A stretch of 64,000 nt of DNA from Candidatus Eiseniibacteriota bacterium (GTDB lineage Bacteria; Eisenbacteria; RBG-16-71-46; CAIMUX01; VGJL01). Positions 18,103 through 27,930 of this stretch are shown one piece after another. Numbering within the stretch: the first letter of the stretch is position 1; every line of letters begins with the position of its first letter. Location: assembly GCA_041946735.1 (NCBI GenBank), contig JBHGAY010000008.1, positions 1 to 64,000 on the forward strand, read 5' to 3'. Under the pieces are notes generated by a model. The model saw nothing but the letters and a program-made list of their open reading frames with translations, was not told the DNA's origin and did not search any database. A program made the translations under genes and the position numbers.

Positions 18103-19698
18103 TCACGGCTTCGACTCGGTCTCGATGCGCGGGAAGAGCGGCGCTCCCGGGCGGATCTTCACGCCGGGCGCGAGCAGTCCCCAGGCGATCCGGTCGGAGG
18201 CGAGCGGCGTCGAGACGAGCGCGCCCGGATCGTCGAGCACGCCGAGCCGGTAGAGAGCCTCGCCGCACTTCGCCGGCATCACGGGCGAGAGGAGCGTCGC
18301 GGCGAGGCGCAGCGCCTCCGCCGCCGTCCAGAGCGTCGGTCCGATCGCCTCCGCTCCCTCGGTCTTGACCGCCTTCCAAGGCGCCTTCTCCTCGAGGTAG
18401 CGGTTCGTCGCCCGCACCATCTGGAGCGTCTCCTCGATCGCCGCGTGGAGCTTCAGCTCCGCGATCATGCCCGGGACGGCCGAAGCGGTCGCCTCGCCGA
18501 TCGCGCCGAGCCGCCCCTCGGGGCTGTCGGGCTCCGCGATGCCTGCCGGGCTCGCCGCGCCGCTGCCCGCCGGGCCGGGCATCGTCCCGCCGAAGTAGTT
18601 CTGCACCATCCTCTCGACCCGGTTCAGCGCGTTGCCGAGGTCGTTGGCCAGGTCGGAGTTGATCCGATGGATCAAGGCCTCCTCGCTGAAGCTCGAGTCC
18701 TGACCGAGGACCATGTCGCGCATCAGGAAGTAGCGGAACGCGTCGTGCCCATGGCGCTCCGCCATGTCGATCGGCTTCACCACGTTGCCGAGCGACTTGC
18801 CCATCTTCGTCTCCCCGACCAGCCACCATCCGTGGGCGAGGATCTGGCGCGGCATCGGAAGGCCGGCGCTCTTCAGCAGCGTCGGCCAGTAGACCGTGTG
18901 GGTCGTCAGGATGTCCTTCCCCATCAGGTGCAGATCGGCCGGCCACCACGGCGATCCGTCGGGCCGCGTGCGCCCCTCGACCGCGCTCACATAATTGACG
19001 AGCGCGTCCAGCCACACGTAGGTGACGTAGTCCGGATCGAAGGGCAGGGGGATTCCCCATTCGAGTCGGCTGCGCGGGCGGCTGATGCAAAGATCGCCGA
19101 GCGGCTTGCGCAGGAAGCCGAGCACCTCGTTGCGCCGGGTCTCGGGGAGGATGAAGTCCGGGTGGCTCTCGATGTGCTCGATGAGCCAGTCCTGGTACTT
19201 CGACATCCGGAAGAAATAGTTCTTCTCGGAGAGCTTCTGCGTGGGACGGTTGCAGAGCGGGCAGAGATTGCCGGGCAGGAGGTCCTTCTCCGTCCAGAAC
19301 CGCTCGTCCGGTTCGCAATACCATCCCTCGTACTGATCCTCGTAGACGTCGCCGGCGGCCCGGATCCGCTCGATGAACCAGGCGACCACCTTCTTGTGGC
19401 GCTCTTCGGTCGTGCGGATGAAGTCGTCGTTGTGGATCTCGAGGCGCTTCCAGAGAGCCTTGTAGCGGACGGCCATCTCGTCGCAATGAGTGAGGGGATC
19501 GACGCCGCGCGCGCGCGCCGCGTTCTGCACCTTCTGGCCGTGCTCGTCGACGCCTGTCAGGAAGAACGTGGCGTCGCCCATGAGGCGATGGAAGCGGGAG
19601 AGGACGTCGGCAAGGACCGTGGTGTAGGCATGCCCGATGTGCGGCTCGTCGTTGACGTAGTAGATCGGCGTCGTTACGTAGAATGAGCCTTCGGGCAT
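18103..19698 (-). CDS. metG: Methionine--tRNA ligase (MetRS1-type, short form without the C-terminal tRNA-binding domain)
   Basis: YVTTPIYYVNDEPHIGHAYTT (HIGH), GVDEHGQK, YVWLDAL, GKDI, KMGKS, LFPRI end. Confidence 0.97.
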   Translation of the reverse strand: MPEGSFYVTTPIYYVNDEPHIGHAYTTVLADVLSRFHRLMGDATFFLTGVDEHGQKVQNAARARGVDPLTHCDEMAVRYKALWKRLEIHNDDFIRTTEERHKKVVAWFIERIRAAGDVYEDQYEGWYCEPDERFWTEKDLLPGNLCPLCNRPTQKLSEKNYFFRMSKYQDWLIEHIESHPDFILPETRRNEVLGFLRKPLGDLCISRPRSRLEWGIPLPFDPDYVTYVWLDALVNYVSAVEGRTRPDGSPWWPADLHLMGKDILTTHTVYWPTLLKSAGLPMPRQILAHGWWLVGETKMGKSLGNVVKPIDMAERHGHDAFRYFLMRDMVLGQDSSFSEEALIHRINSDLANDLGNALNRVERMVQNYFGGTMPGPAGSGAASPAGIAEPDSPEGRLGAIGEATASAVPGMIAELKLHAAIEETLQMVRATNRYLEEKAPWKAVKTEGAEAIGPTLWTAAEALRLAATLLSPVMPAKCGEALYRLGVLDDPGALVSTPLASDRIAWGLLAPGVKIRPGAPLFPRIETESKP

Positions 19699-19869
19699 TG
19701 GCCCCCCTCTCCCTCCTTCGAGTCGGCGAACGCGCTCCGCCCGGCCACGGCTCGAGTGCGGGCCGCGGGCGCGGGTGCGGGCGCATGCGCGCGAGGCTAC
19801 ACGGTCTTCACGTTCCCGATCAAGGAAACGGGGCTGCGGAAGGAAAAGACTCCCGCCGTCCGCCTTCTC

Positions 19870-19998
19870 GCGCCTTTCCGGCAGGTCGCTCGCGCCAGTC
19901 CGGCGCGCCCGCTGGCGCCAGTCCAGCGCGCCCGCCGGCGCCTGTCCGGGCTGCCGCTCACGCCTGTCCGGCGGGCCGTTCGCGCCTGTCCGGCCGGC
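19870..19998. repeat. ~22-bp degenerate tandem repeat, 6 copies, upstream of metG
   Basis: Core gcgcc(t/a)gtccgg recurs every 22-23 nt. Confidence 0.75.
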
Positions 19999-20546
19999 TA
20001 TCGGCGCGAGGCGGCGTCGAGCGCGATCGCCACCGCGTCCGCTTCGTCGCGCGCCCGGAGCGTCTCCTCGCCGGTCGTCGATCGATCGGCGGGCCGCATC
20101 TCCCAGGAGTCGAGGAGCACGACCGGACGTCCCGTCTTGCGCGCGAGGGCGATCTCACTCAACGTGCCCCATCCTCCGCCGATCGCGACTACCGCGTCGG
20201 CGGTCAAGACGAGGATCGCGTTGCGCGCTTCGCCCATCCCGGTGAAGACGCACAGCTCGACCGATTCGTTGGGAGGAGAGTCGTGACGATCGCGTCCCGG
20301 GAGGACGGCCAGCGTCCGGCCCCCCTCTGCGCGCGCGCCGCGGCAGGCCGCCTCCATCACCCCTCCTCGCCCGCCTGTCAGGACGACCGCCCCCGAGCGG
20401 GCGAGCAGTCGGCCGACGGATTCGGCGCGCGCGAGCACGGCGGGGGACGGCGCTTCGCCTGGACCGGAGACGAGAATCACAGGGGCGCGAGCGTGCACGG
20501 GAGCGGGATCAAGGACGCGATCGAGAGGCGGCGTCGGTTCTCCCAT
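19998..20546 (-). CDS. TIGR00725 / LOG-like (SLOG) family protein
   Basis: LTGGRGGVMEAACRGA, TGMGEARNAILV, AIGGGWGTLSEIALA. AAGGAGG RBS. Confidence 0.88.
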   Translation of the reverse strand: MGEPTPPLDRVLDPAPVHARAPVILVSGPGEAPSPAVLARAESVGRLLARSGAVVLTGGRGGVMEAACRGARAEGGRTLAVLPGRDRHDSPPNESVELCVFTGMGEARNAILVLTADAVVAIGGGWGTLSEIALARKTGRPVVLLDSWEMRPADRSTTGEETLRARDEADAVAIALDAASRR

Positions 20547-20563
20547 CGGCCGGAATCCTCCTT

Positions 20564-20657
20564 GGCGGTTGCGCCGTTGCTGTTGTGAGGCGGTTGCGCC
20601 GTTGCTGTTGCGAGGCGGTTGCGCCGTCGCGGTTGTGAGGTGGTTGCGCCGTCGCGC
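20564..20657. repeat. 25-bp tandem repeat, ~3.7 copies
   Basis: ggcggttgcgccgttgctgttgtga / ...gcga / ggcggttgcgccgtcgcggttgtga / ggtggttgcgccgtcgcg. Confidence 0.9.
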
Positions 20658-20848
20658 GCTCGCCTTCACTGCTTCTGCGCGGCCGACATGCGCCGCGCGG
20701 CGCGCGCGCGTGGCGGCGCGACGCGAGCGCCCGCGCCGGGGCGCCGGCCGCCGCCGAGGCTCGGCGCCGGCACGCGTGCTAGTATCGCCCTTCCCGGGTA
20801 GCGTGGCGAATGCCAGGGACGAACAGGATGCCGAACGAAGGGAGATCC

Positions 20849-22102
20849 ATGCGGGAACGTGTGCGCGAGTCCTCGCTCGACAACGGTTTGACGATCCTCA
20901 CCGTCGAGAATCCTGTCAGCCCCACCGCAAGCCTTCAGGTCTGGTACAAGGTCGGCTCGCGCAATGAGCGGCCCGGAATCACCGGCGCTTCGCACATCTT
21001 CGAGCACATGATGTTCAAGGGGACGGCGAAGTACCCGGCCGGCGCCTTCGATCGCGTCGTGCAAGAGAACGGAATGGGCTACAACGCCTTCACGAGCCAT
21101 GACTACACGGCGTACTTCGAGACGTTCGCGCGGGACCGGCTCGAGGTGGCGATGGATCTCGAGTCGGACCGGATGCAGGGGCTGCTTCTCGATCCGGAGG
21201 AGTTCGCGAGCGAGCTCTCGGTGATCCGGGAGGAGCGACGCGAGACCTGCGAGGACCCGCCGTACGGGATCCTCTCGGAGGAGCTCGAGGCGGCGATGTT
21301 CCTCGTCCATCCCTACCACTGGCCGATCATCGGCTGGATGAGCGATCTCGAGCGGATCACGCGCGAGGAGATCGCGGCCTACTACCGCGTCTACTACCGC
21401 CCGAACAATGCGGTCCTCGTCGTCGCCGGCGACGTGAAGCACGACGATGTGGTGCGAATGGCGGAGCGCTCCTTCGGCAGGATCGAGCCCGGCCCTCCGG
21501 TCCCCGAGGTCGTGGCGAAGGAGCCGCCGCAGCGCGGGGAACGAACGGTCCGCGTGCACAAAGACGTGCAGCTTCCCGGCGTGATCGTGGCCTGGCGGAT
21601 CCCGGAGGCGGTGCATCCCGATCTGCCCGCGCTGCAGGTGGCGGAGACGGTCCTCTTCCGCGGCCGCTCGAGCCGGCTCTACCAGCGGCTGATCTACGAG
21701 GAGCCGCTCGCGACCGATCTAGGGGGCGGCCTCCACGTCCGCAAGGATCCGTCGGCGTTCTTCGTGCGCGCGACCGCGCGCCCCGGCGTCGAGATCGAGG
21801 CGGTCCGCGAGGCGATCCTGGAGACGATCGACACGCTCCGCACCCATCCTCCGACCGAGCGCGAGCTGGAGAAGGCACGCAACCAGATCACGGGCGACTT
21901 CGTCTTCGGGCAGGAGCACAACTTCGATCTCGGACGCGCGCTCGGCGCTGAGGAGTGCACCTCGTCCTGGGAGGACTTCTTCCTCTTCTACGATCGCTCC
22001 ATGGCCGCCACCGCCGAAGAGGTCGCCGCCGCGGCCGCCGCCTGGCTGCACGATCGCGGCCGGGTGACCGGGTATCTCATCCCGGAGAAGGAGTCGACAT
22101 GA
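20849..22102 (+). CDS. M16B peptidase, catalytic (HxxEH) subunit, cytoplasmic
   Basis: VWYKVGSRNE..GITGASHIFEHMMFKGT, NAFTSHDYTAYFE, HPYHWPIIGW. No signal peptide. Alternative start at 20810. Confidence 0.92.
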   Translation: MRERVRESSLDNGLTILTVENPVSPTASLQVWYKVGSRNERPGITGASHIFEHMMFKGTAKYPAGAFDRVVQENGMGYNAFTSHDYTAYFETFARDRLEVAMDLESDRMQGLLLDPEEFASELSVIREERRETCEDPPYGILSEELEAAMFLVHPYHWPIIGWMSDLERITREEIAAYYRVYYRPNNAVLVVAGDVKHDDVVRMAERSFGRIEPGPPVPEVVAKEPPQRGERTVRVHKDVQLPGVIVAWRIPEAVHPDLPALQVAETVLFRGRSSRLYQRLIYEEPLATDLGGGLHVRKDPSAFFVRATARPGVEIEAVREAILETIDTLRTHPPTERELEKARNQITGDFVFGQEHNFDLGRALGAEECTSSWEDFFLFYDRSMAATAEEVAAAAAAWLHDRGRVTGYLIPEKEST

Positions 22103-23403
22103 ACACGCCGCCGCCGCCCGTCCAGCCGGAACGGCTCCGACATGTCCTCCACAACGGCCTCGTCGTTCTGGTGATGGAGCGGCCGCATCTGCCGATCGTA
22201 TCGGCGACGCTGCTCTTGCCGGCCGGCGTGGCCCACGAGCCGGCGGAGCAGCCGGGGACCGCGTTCTTCGCCTCGCAGCTTCTGCCTCTCGGGACGATCC
22301 ATCGCTCGGCGACCGCGCTTGCCGAGGAGGTCGACGGTCTCGGCGGGCACCTGTCGACCGGCTGCGACTACGACTATGCGACGGTGGAGGTCAGCGGACT
22401 CGCGAGGACGGCGCCCGAGCTGCTCGAGATCCTCGCCGACGTGACGACGCGCGCCGCGCTGCTGGACGAGGAGGTCGAGCGCCGGCGCTCCCAGATCCTC
22501 GGGATCCTCGAGCGACGCAAGGACGACCACAACGAGGTCGTGCGCAGCCGCTTCTACCAGGCGATCTACGGGAGCCATCCGTACGGCCGGCGCAAGGAGG
22601 GGACGGAGGACTCGGTGCGCGCGCTTCCGCGCGAGACGATCGCCGGCTTCTATCGCGAGCGGTATGGCCCGCGCGGCGGAATCCTCGCGATCGTCGGCGA
22701 CGTGAAGGGACCCGACGTGGTGCGACTCGTCGAGACGCACTTCGGCGCCTGGACCTCCGCGTCGAGCAAGACGCCGATCGTCCCGGAAGTGCCCGAGGGG
22801 ACCGGCACGCGGCGCCGTCAGAGGATCGCGATTCCCGACGAGGACGTGACGCAGGCGTACATCCGCGTAGGCAACGTCGGCATCGCGCGCGACGATCCCG
22901 CGCGCAACGAGATCGTCCTGTTGAACTACATCCTCGGCGGAGCCGGCTTCGGCAGCCGTCTGATGAAGAGCCTCCGCGAGGAGCAGGGACTGACCTACGG
23001 CGCCTACTCCGCCTTTCGCGCGCGCAAGCGGGCCGGCCCGTTCGTCGCCACGACGCAGACGCGGATCGAGACGATGAACCAGGCGCTCCGCTCGATGCTC
23101 GAGGTGATCGATCAGTTCCGCGAGCAGGGACCGACCGAAGAGGAGATGGTCTGGGCGAAGCGCTTCTTCACCGGCAGCCTCCCGCTCACGCTCGAGACGA
23201 ACGATCAGCTTGCGCAGAAGCTCCTCGAGCAGGAGTTCTACGGTCTGCCCGACGAGTTCTGGCTGCGCGACCTCGAGGAGATGCAGGGGGTGAGCGCGGC
23301 GCAGGTCCGCGAAGCGGCGCGCCGGCACATCCGTCCCGAGGAGTTCGCGATCGTCGTGCTCGCGGACTTCTCCAAGGCGGAGCTGGAGCCCGAGGGCGCA
23401 TAG
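22099..23403 (+). CDS. M16B peptidase, non-catalytic partner subunit
   Basis: No HxxEH. Has LGGAGFGSRLMKSLREEQGLTYG (R/Y pair). ATGA overlap. Confidence 0.9.
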   Translation: MNTPPPPVQPERLRHVLHNGLVVLVMERPHLPIVSATLLLPAGVAHEPAEQPGTAFFASQLLPLGTIHRSATALAEEVDGLGGHLSTGCDYDYATVEVSGLARTAPELLEILADVTTRAALLDEEVERRRSQILGILERRKDDHNEVVRSRFYQAIYGSHPYGRRKEGTEDSVRALPRETIAGFYRERYGPRGGILAIVGDVKGPDVVRLVETHFGAWTSASSKTPIVPEVPEGTGTRRRQRIAIPDEDVTQAYIRVGNVGIARDDPARNEIVLLNYILGGAGFGSRLMKSLREEQGLTYGAYSAFRARKRAGPFVATTQTRIETMNQALRSMLEVIDQFREQGPTEEEMVWAKRFFTGSLPLTLETNDQLAQKLLEQEFYGLPDEFWLRDLEEMQGVSAAQVREAARRHIRPEEFAIVVLADFSKAELEPEGA

Positions 23404-24598
23404 CCCGGCCCGCGCAGGGGCCCGGCGCGGCGCGCCCAGCTTGGCTGCCCTCCCTCGACGGCTCGCGGACGATCGCGACACGCAGCTCGCCGATCGTCGA
23501 CCCCTGCGCGCAGCCGAGGTCGCGAATTTGCGCGACGCGCCAGATCTCCGCGGCCTGCGGCGGTCCCGTCGATCGCTCCACGAAGATGCGAGCGCGTCCC
23601 TCGCGCACCGCGAGCGTCTCCCCTTCGCCGCCGACCCATCGCACCTCGATCCTGTCGATCTCGGCTTGCATCCGCGACGCGTCCCCGGCGTCGAGCGGCT
23701 CGAGCGAAGCGATGCGCCATGAGAAGCGGACGAAACCGGCCGGGAGCGCGAGGCCGGCCGCTCTCGCGAACGCCTCCTCGGCCGCCGCGTCCCACGCGGC
23801 CGGGATCGAGGGATCGGCGAGCCGGTCGTCTGGACAGAAGACGAAGCGGAAGTCGGCGCCGAGCAGAGCGGCGTAGCCGTCCGCGCGGCGCGCGAGCGAC
23901 CGCCACCGGAGCGACTCGATCGCGCCCGCCGGCGTCGCCCCGTCGTCGTCGAAGGCCTCGATCTCCTCTTCGATGCGCGCGGCTCGCCCCCAACGGTCTC
24001 GCGCGACGATCGTGAGACGGTGACGGCCGGCGATGAGCGCGCTCGCCGGGATGGCCGTCCCTTGGCCGGCGGGCCCCTGCAAGTCGGACCACCATGCGAT
24101 CGCGGCGCCGCGGAGCCGCCCGTCCTCCGGATCGATCGCATCGACGCGCAGCGAGTCGCCACCCCCGCGACCGACGAGCAGGCGCGGCCCGAGGAAGAGG
24201 ACCTTGGGGGGCTCGTCGGGCGACCAGAAGATCCGTCGCGGCTCGGCCTCGATCCGTCCGCTGTCGGGATTCACTCCCCATGCATCAAGCGCGATCTCGC
24301 CCGGGCGGTCTCCCTCCGGCAGGACGGAGAAGCGCCAGGGCGGTCCGGAGCCGCGAGCGGCGAGGACGGCCGTCCGCCCGGCGACGGCGGCGGCGACGCG
24401 GCACGGACGCTCCTCGGTCCCCTCGATCGAGAGGGAGATCCGGATCGTGTCGGCGATCGAGTCGCCGGCGACGGGGGAGAGCCAGATGAGGCGCGGCGAT
24501 GGCGGCGGCGCGACCGGGGGAGGATCCGCGCAGGCGCTGCAGAGAACGGCAAGCGCCGTCGAGGCAGACGCGACGATGCGAAGCGGCGTCCGTTGCAT
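23186..24598 (-). CDS. Hypothetical lipoprotein with Ig/PKD-like and NTF2-like domains
   Basis: Lipobox-like LCSAC, DPEDGRL..AIAWWSDLQG (PKD-like), YAALLGADFRFVF. The last ~70 codons overlap the convergent gene, so the 3' end is doubtful. Confidence 0.6.
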   Translation of the reverse strand: MQRTPLRIVASASTALAVLCSACADPPPVAPPPSPRLIWLSPVAGDSIADTIRISLSIEGTEERPCRVAAAVAGRTAVLAARGSGPPWRFSVLPEGDRPGEIALDAWGVNPDSGRIEAEPRRIFWSPDEPPKVLFLGPRLLVGRGGGDSLRVDAIDPEDGRLRGAAIAWWSDLQGPAGQGTAIPASALIAGRHRLTIVARDRWGRAARIEEEIEAFDDDGATPAGAIESLRWRSLARRADGYAALLGADFRFVFCPDDRLADPSIPAAWDAAAEEAFARAAGLALPAGFVRFSWRIASLEPLDAGDASRMQAEIDRIEVRWVGGEGETLAVREGRARIFVERSTGPPQAAEIWRVAQIRDLGCAQGSTIGELRVAIVREPSREGSQAGRAAPGPCAGRAMRPRAPAPPWRSPRARRSRTPRDGCAGAPLRGPAPRSPPASPRGRAARTRRADRRTPARGASAQADRSSRA

Positions 24599-24665
24599 GC
24601 AAATCCTCCCCGATGCGGAAGCGAGCAAGCGGGATGCCACTGCCGCGGCCACCACCGCGGCGATC

Positions 24666-24710
24666 GAGCGCGCCGCGACGGAGCGCGCCGCGACGGAGCG
24701 CTCCGCGACG
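24666..24710. repeat. 15-bp tandem repeat x3
   Basis: gagcgcgccgcgacg x2 plus gagcgctccgcgacg. Confidence 0.85.
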
Positions 24711-24715
24711 GCGCC

Positions 24716-26560
24716 TCAGCGAGCCGGTTGCTGGAGCGAGCCGCGCAGCGTCCGGATCGAAGCCGCTTCGGGAGCGTCGGGGAAGCGAGCGAGGAAAGCG
24801 TCCGCTTCGCGGCGGGCCGCCGCATCGTCCCTCATCACCTCGGCCAGCAGATGGATCAGGTTGATGCGCGCCGGCGCGTAGCGGGGATCGTCGGCGATCG
24901 CCGCCTCGAACTCGCGACGCGCGTCGGCCGGGCGGCCGAGGAGGCGCAGCGCGAGGCCGCGATTGTTCCGCATTCCGGGGGTCGGCGTCAGGCCTCGCGT
25001 CGCCTCGTCGAGCGTCGCGAGCCCTTCCGCGAGCCGTCCCTGCCGCATCTGCGCGCTCGCGAGGTTTGACAGCAGCGTCGGCGTCCGCTTCCAGGTTCGC
25101 GCGAGGTCCGCGAAGGTCGCCTCCGCCTGCGCGACGCGCCCGGAGTTCAGCCAGACCAGCGCTTGCTGATAGCGGATGCGCGGGTGCTGCGGCGCCATGG
25201 CGGCGGTCTCCGCGACGATCGGCGCCGCCTCGCCGATCCGTCCCTCGTTGAGCAGATGCCCCGCCCATTGCAGGCGCGCCCGTATGCTGCGCGGCTGGCG
25301 CTCGAACTCCCGCCCGAAGAGGATCGTGTCGCTTCGCCACTCGCTCGCGCGCAGCCCGGCGCCCACGGCGAGAAGCAGCGAGAGGACGGCGAGCGCGGCG
25401 TCCGGCACGCGGCGCGCGCGCGCGATCGCCGCGCCGATCCCGAGCAGCAGTCCCGCGGCCGGCAGGTAGAGGAAGCGGCCGCCGAAAAGATCGCTCGTCG
25501 GAACGATCTGAAGGACGGGCAAAAGGGCGGTGAGCGCGAGCAGGAAGCCGGCCGCGAGCGACCGCGCTGCCGGCGACCGCGCGGCCAGCGAGCCAGCCGC
25601 CAGCGAGCTCGCCGCCGGCCGGCCGGCGCCCCTCCCGCCGTGCGCGAGCGCGACGATGGACAGGATGGCCAGCGCCGACGCTCCCGCGATCCCGACAAGG
25701 CCGGTGATCGCCACCCCGCGAGCCAGCACCCAGGGGGGCGGCTCGAGCGTCGGCCGCAGCGGCACCAGCAAACGTGCGATGTCGATCAGCAGCAGCCGAC
25801 CGATCAAGACGATGCGCGACGCCTCGACGCCGGGCGGCCAGTCGGCCGCTCCCCGCGAAAAACCGGGGCCTGCCGCGCGAAGCGCGAGGTAGATCACGAG
25901 CGCCCCGGCGATCCCGGCGGCGGCCGGCCTGGCGCGCGCGGGCAGCCAGGCGCCTTCGGTCCATCGCCAGACGAGAGGGAACCAGAGGAGCGCGGCGATG
26001 GCCGACTCCTTCGAGAGCAGCGCAAGCAGCACGAGCAGGCCGGCGAGGAGCGGCCGGGAGGATCTCTTGGCGGTCCCGTCGCTCGTCGTCGCCGCCATCA
26101 GCGCGCCGATCACGAACCCCGTCGCGAGCAGATCGGGAAACGCGGAGATCCAGGCGAAGGCGTCGGCGAGCGCGGGATGCAGCGCGAAGAGGACCGCGCC
26201 CCACGCGGCCTTCGGCGAGAGGCGGCGCAGCCAGAGTCCGAGCAGGAGCGAGGTGCCGGCGTGCGCCGCCGCCGAAAGGATCCGGAACGGCATCGCGTGC
26301 GGACCGATGGCGAGGAGCAGGAGCCCGTGCAGCAGCGCGGGCAGCGGGCGCCAGTACGTCCCGCCCTCGTCCGGAGGGAGCATGGTCCCCCAGCCGTGTC
26401 CCTTCAGCAGCAGGCGGGGAAGCGCGCCAGGATTGCCGCGCAGCGGGCTCTGCAGGATCGTCCATCGGTCGTCCCACACGAAGCCGCCGCCGATCGCCGG
26501 CAGGCAGACGGCGAGGGCGGCCAGCGCGGCGAGCCAGGGGAGTCTGTTGCGCATCTCCAT
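24716..26560 (-). CDS. TMTC-like GT-C membrane glycosyltransferase with C-terminal TPRs (putative protein O-mannosyltransferase)
   Basis: GFVWDD acidic motif after TM1, YWRPL, LFALHP, ALLSKESA, RFLYLP, W.SD..LF, followed by TPR repeats. Confidence 0.8.
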   Translation of the reverse strand: MEMRNRLPWLAALAALAVCLPAIGGGFVWDDRWTILQSPLRGNPGALPRLLLKGHGWGTMLPPDEGGTYWRPLPALLHGLLLLAIGPHAMPFRILSAAAHAGTSLLLGLWLRRLSPKAAWGAVLFALHPALADAFAWISAFPDLLATGFVIGALMAATTSDGTAKRSSRPLLAGLLVLLALLSKESAIAALLWFPLVWRWTEGAWLPARARPAAAGIAGALVIYLALRAAGPGFSRGAADWPPGVEASRIVLIGRLLLIDIARLLVPLRPTLEPPPWVLARGVAITGLVGIAGASALAILSIVALAHGGRGAGRPAASSLAAGSLAARSPAARSLAAGFLLALTALLPVLQIVPTSDLFGGRFLYLPAAGLLLGIGAAIARARRVPDAALAVLSLLLAVGAGLRASEWRSDTILFGREFERQPRSIRARLQWAGHLLNEGRIGEAAPIVAETAAMAPQHPRIRYQQALVWLNSGRVAQAEATFADLARTWKRTPTLLSNLASAQMRQGRLAEGLATLDEATRGLTPTPGMRNNRGLALRLLGRPADARREFEAAIADDPRYAPARINLIHLLAEVMRDDAAARREADAFLARFPDAPEAASIRTLRGSLQQPAR

Positions 26561-26730
26561 CGCCGCGGATCCTAATCGATCTGCAACGCGGCGTCGCCAC
26601 CCGGGCCGTCCTCGCGCGCGGTGCCTTCCGTCCTCGCGGCGCGGCGCCTTCCCTCGCCGCGCCTCGCCGCGCCTCGCCGCACCCCGCGGCCCCGCCCGCC
26701 TCCCCGGCCGCGCCGCCCTGCAGGCGGCCC

Positions 26731-26736
26731 TATACT
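26731..26736 (+). promoter_or_regulatory. -10 box (TATACT) 6 nt before ATG; leaderless-type promoter
   Basis: TATACT-cctcgg-ATG with no SD sequence. Confidence 0.6.
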
Positions 26737-26742
26737 CCTCGG

Positions 26743-27789
26743 ATGCGCCTTCGCGTGATCCCGGAAGGATGGCTCGAGCGGATCGCCTTCCGCCTGGGCC
26801 TCGTCCCGATCCCGGTCCTCGAATCGACGGGAGGGGCGCTGCTCGCCCGCGCGATCCTCGCCGGCGTCCAGGCCGGCCTCTTCGAAGATCTGGCGCGCCA
26901 CGGTCCGTCCGAGCCCGACGAGATCGCCACGCGCCTCCGTCTCTCGCCCGGCGGCACGCGCGCGCTCCTCGCCGCCCTGCGAAGCTCGGGCTATCTCGTC
27001 CTGCATCGAGCCGCCCGTTACGGCAATGCCCCGCTTGCGACCCGCTGGCTCGTCTCCGACCGGCCCGACTCGGCCGTGCCGTACCTCCGCTTCATGATCG
27101 ATCAGTGGGGCTGGATCACGCGCACCGAGGAGATCCTCGCCAGCGGCCGCCCGATCGACATCCATTCCGCCGGCCAGGATCCTGCGTACTGGCAGCGCTA
27201 CATGGAGGCGCTCGCCGCGATCGCCCGCTCGAGCGCGCCCGACATCGTCCGAGCGATTCCGATGCCCCGCGCTCCCCGGCGCCTCCTCGACGTCGCGGGC
27301 GGCCACGGCGTCTTCAGTGCGGCCGCCTGCCGCCTCCATCCGCAGCTGACCGCCGAGATCCTCGATCTCGAGGATCCGGCGCGCGCGGGCCGCGTCCTCG
27401 TCGAGCGCGAAGGGATGGCCGAGCGCGTGCGCTACCGCACGGGGGACCTGCGCACGACCTCGTGGGGAGAGGGATACGACGCCATTCTCTACTTCAACAT
27501 CGCGCACCATCTCGACGAGAGGGAGAACCGCGACGCGTTCGCGCGCGCCCGCGCCGCGCTCGTCCCGGGCGGCGTCTTCGCCCTGTGGGACTTCGAAGCG
27601 CAGGAAGACGCGCGCGGCTCCAGCCAGATCGGCGGGCTGATGAGCCTCTTCTTCTTCCTGACGAGCGGGCGGTCCGCGCACCCGCAACGATCGCTTCGCG
27701 ACTGGCTGGCCGGCGCCGGCTTCCGCGACATCCGCTCGCGACGCATCCGAAAGGCGCCGTTCGGCTTCCTCCTCACCGGCCGGGCGTGA
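26743..27789 (+). CDS. SAM-dependent O-methyltransferase (Methyltransf_2 with dimerisation/wHTH domain)
   Basis: N-terminal wHTH (GLFEDL...EIATRL), LLDVAGGHG, YRTGDL, NIAHH, ALVPGG. Confidence 0.9.
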   Translation: MRLRVIPEGWLERIAFRLGLVPIPVLESTGGALLARAILAGVQAGLFEDLARHGPSEPDEIATRLRLSPGGTRALLAALRSSGYLVLHRAARYGNAPLATRWLVSDRPDSAVPYLRFMIDQWGWITRTEEILASGRPIDIHSAGQDPAYWQRYMEALAAIARSSAPDIVRAIPMPRAPRRLLDVAGGHGVFSAAACRLHPQLTAEILDLEDPARAGRVLVEREGMAERVRYRTGDLRTTSWGEGYDAILYFNIAHHLDERENRDAFARARAALVPGGVFALWDFEAQEDARGSSQIGGLMSLFFFLTSGRSAHPQRSLRDWLAGAGFRDIRSRRIRKAPFGFLLTGRA

Positions 27790-27930
27790 CCGGGCCGGGT
27801 TCGCCGCCGTGCTCGGAAATCCTGTTGACCGGGCCGGCGTCGATGCGGGATAGCTTCCTGTTCCGACGACGAAGAGGCGGGAGAAGCAAAGGAAAGGACC
27901 CCGGGCCGCGTGTCTGGGGGAGGGAGAGCA

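Noticed and set aside
19699..19870. T-box or SAM riboswitch upstream of metG
   Set aside because: I could not identify a T-box consensus or SAM-I core in the leader.
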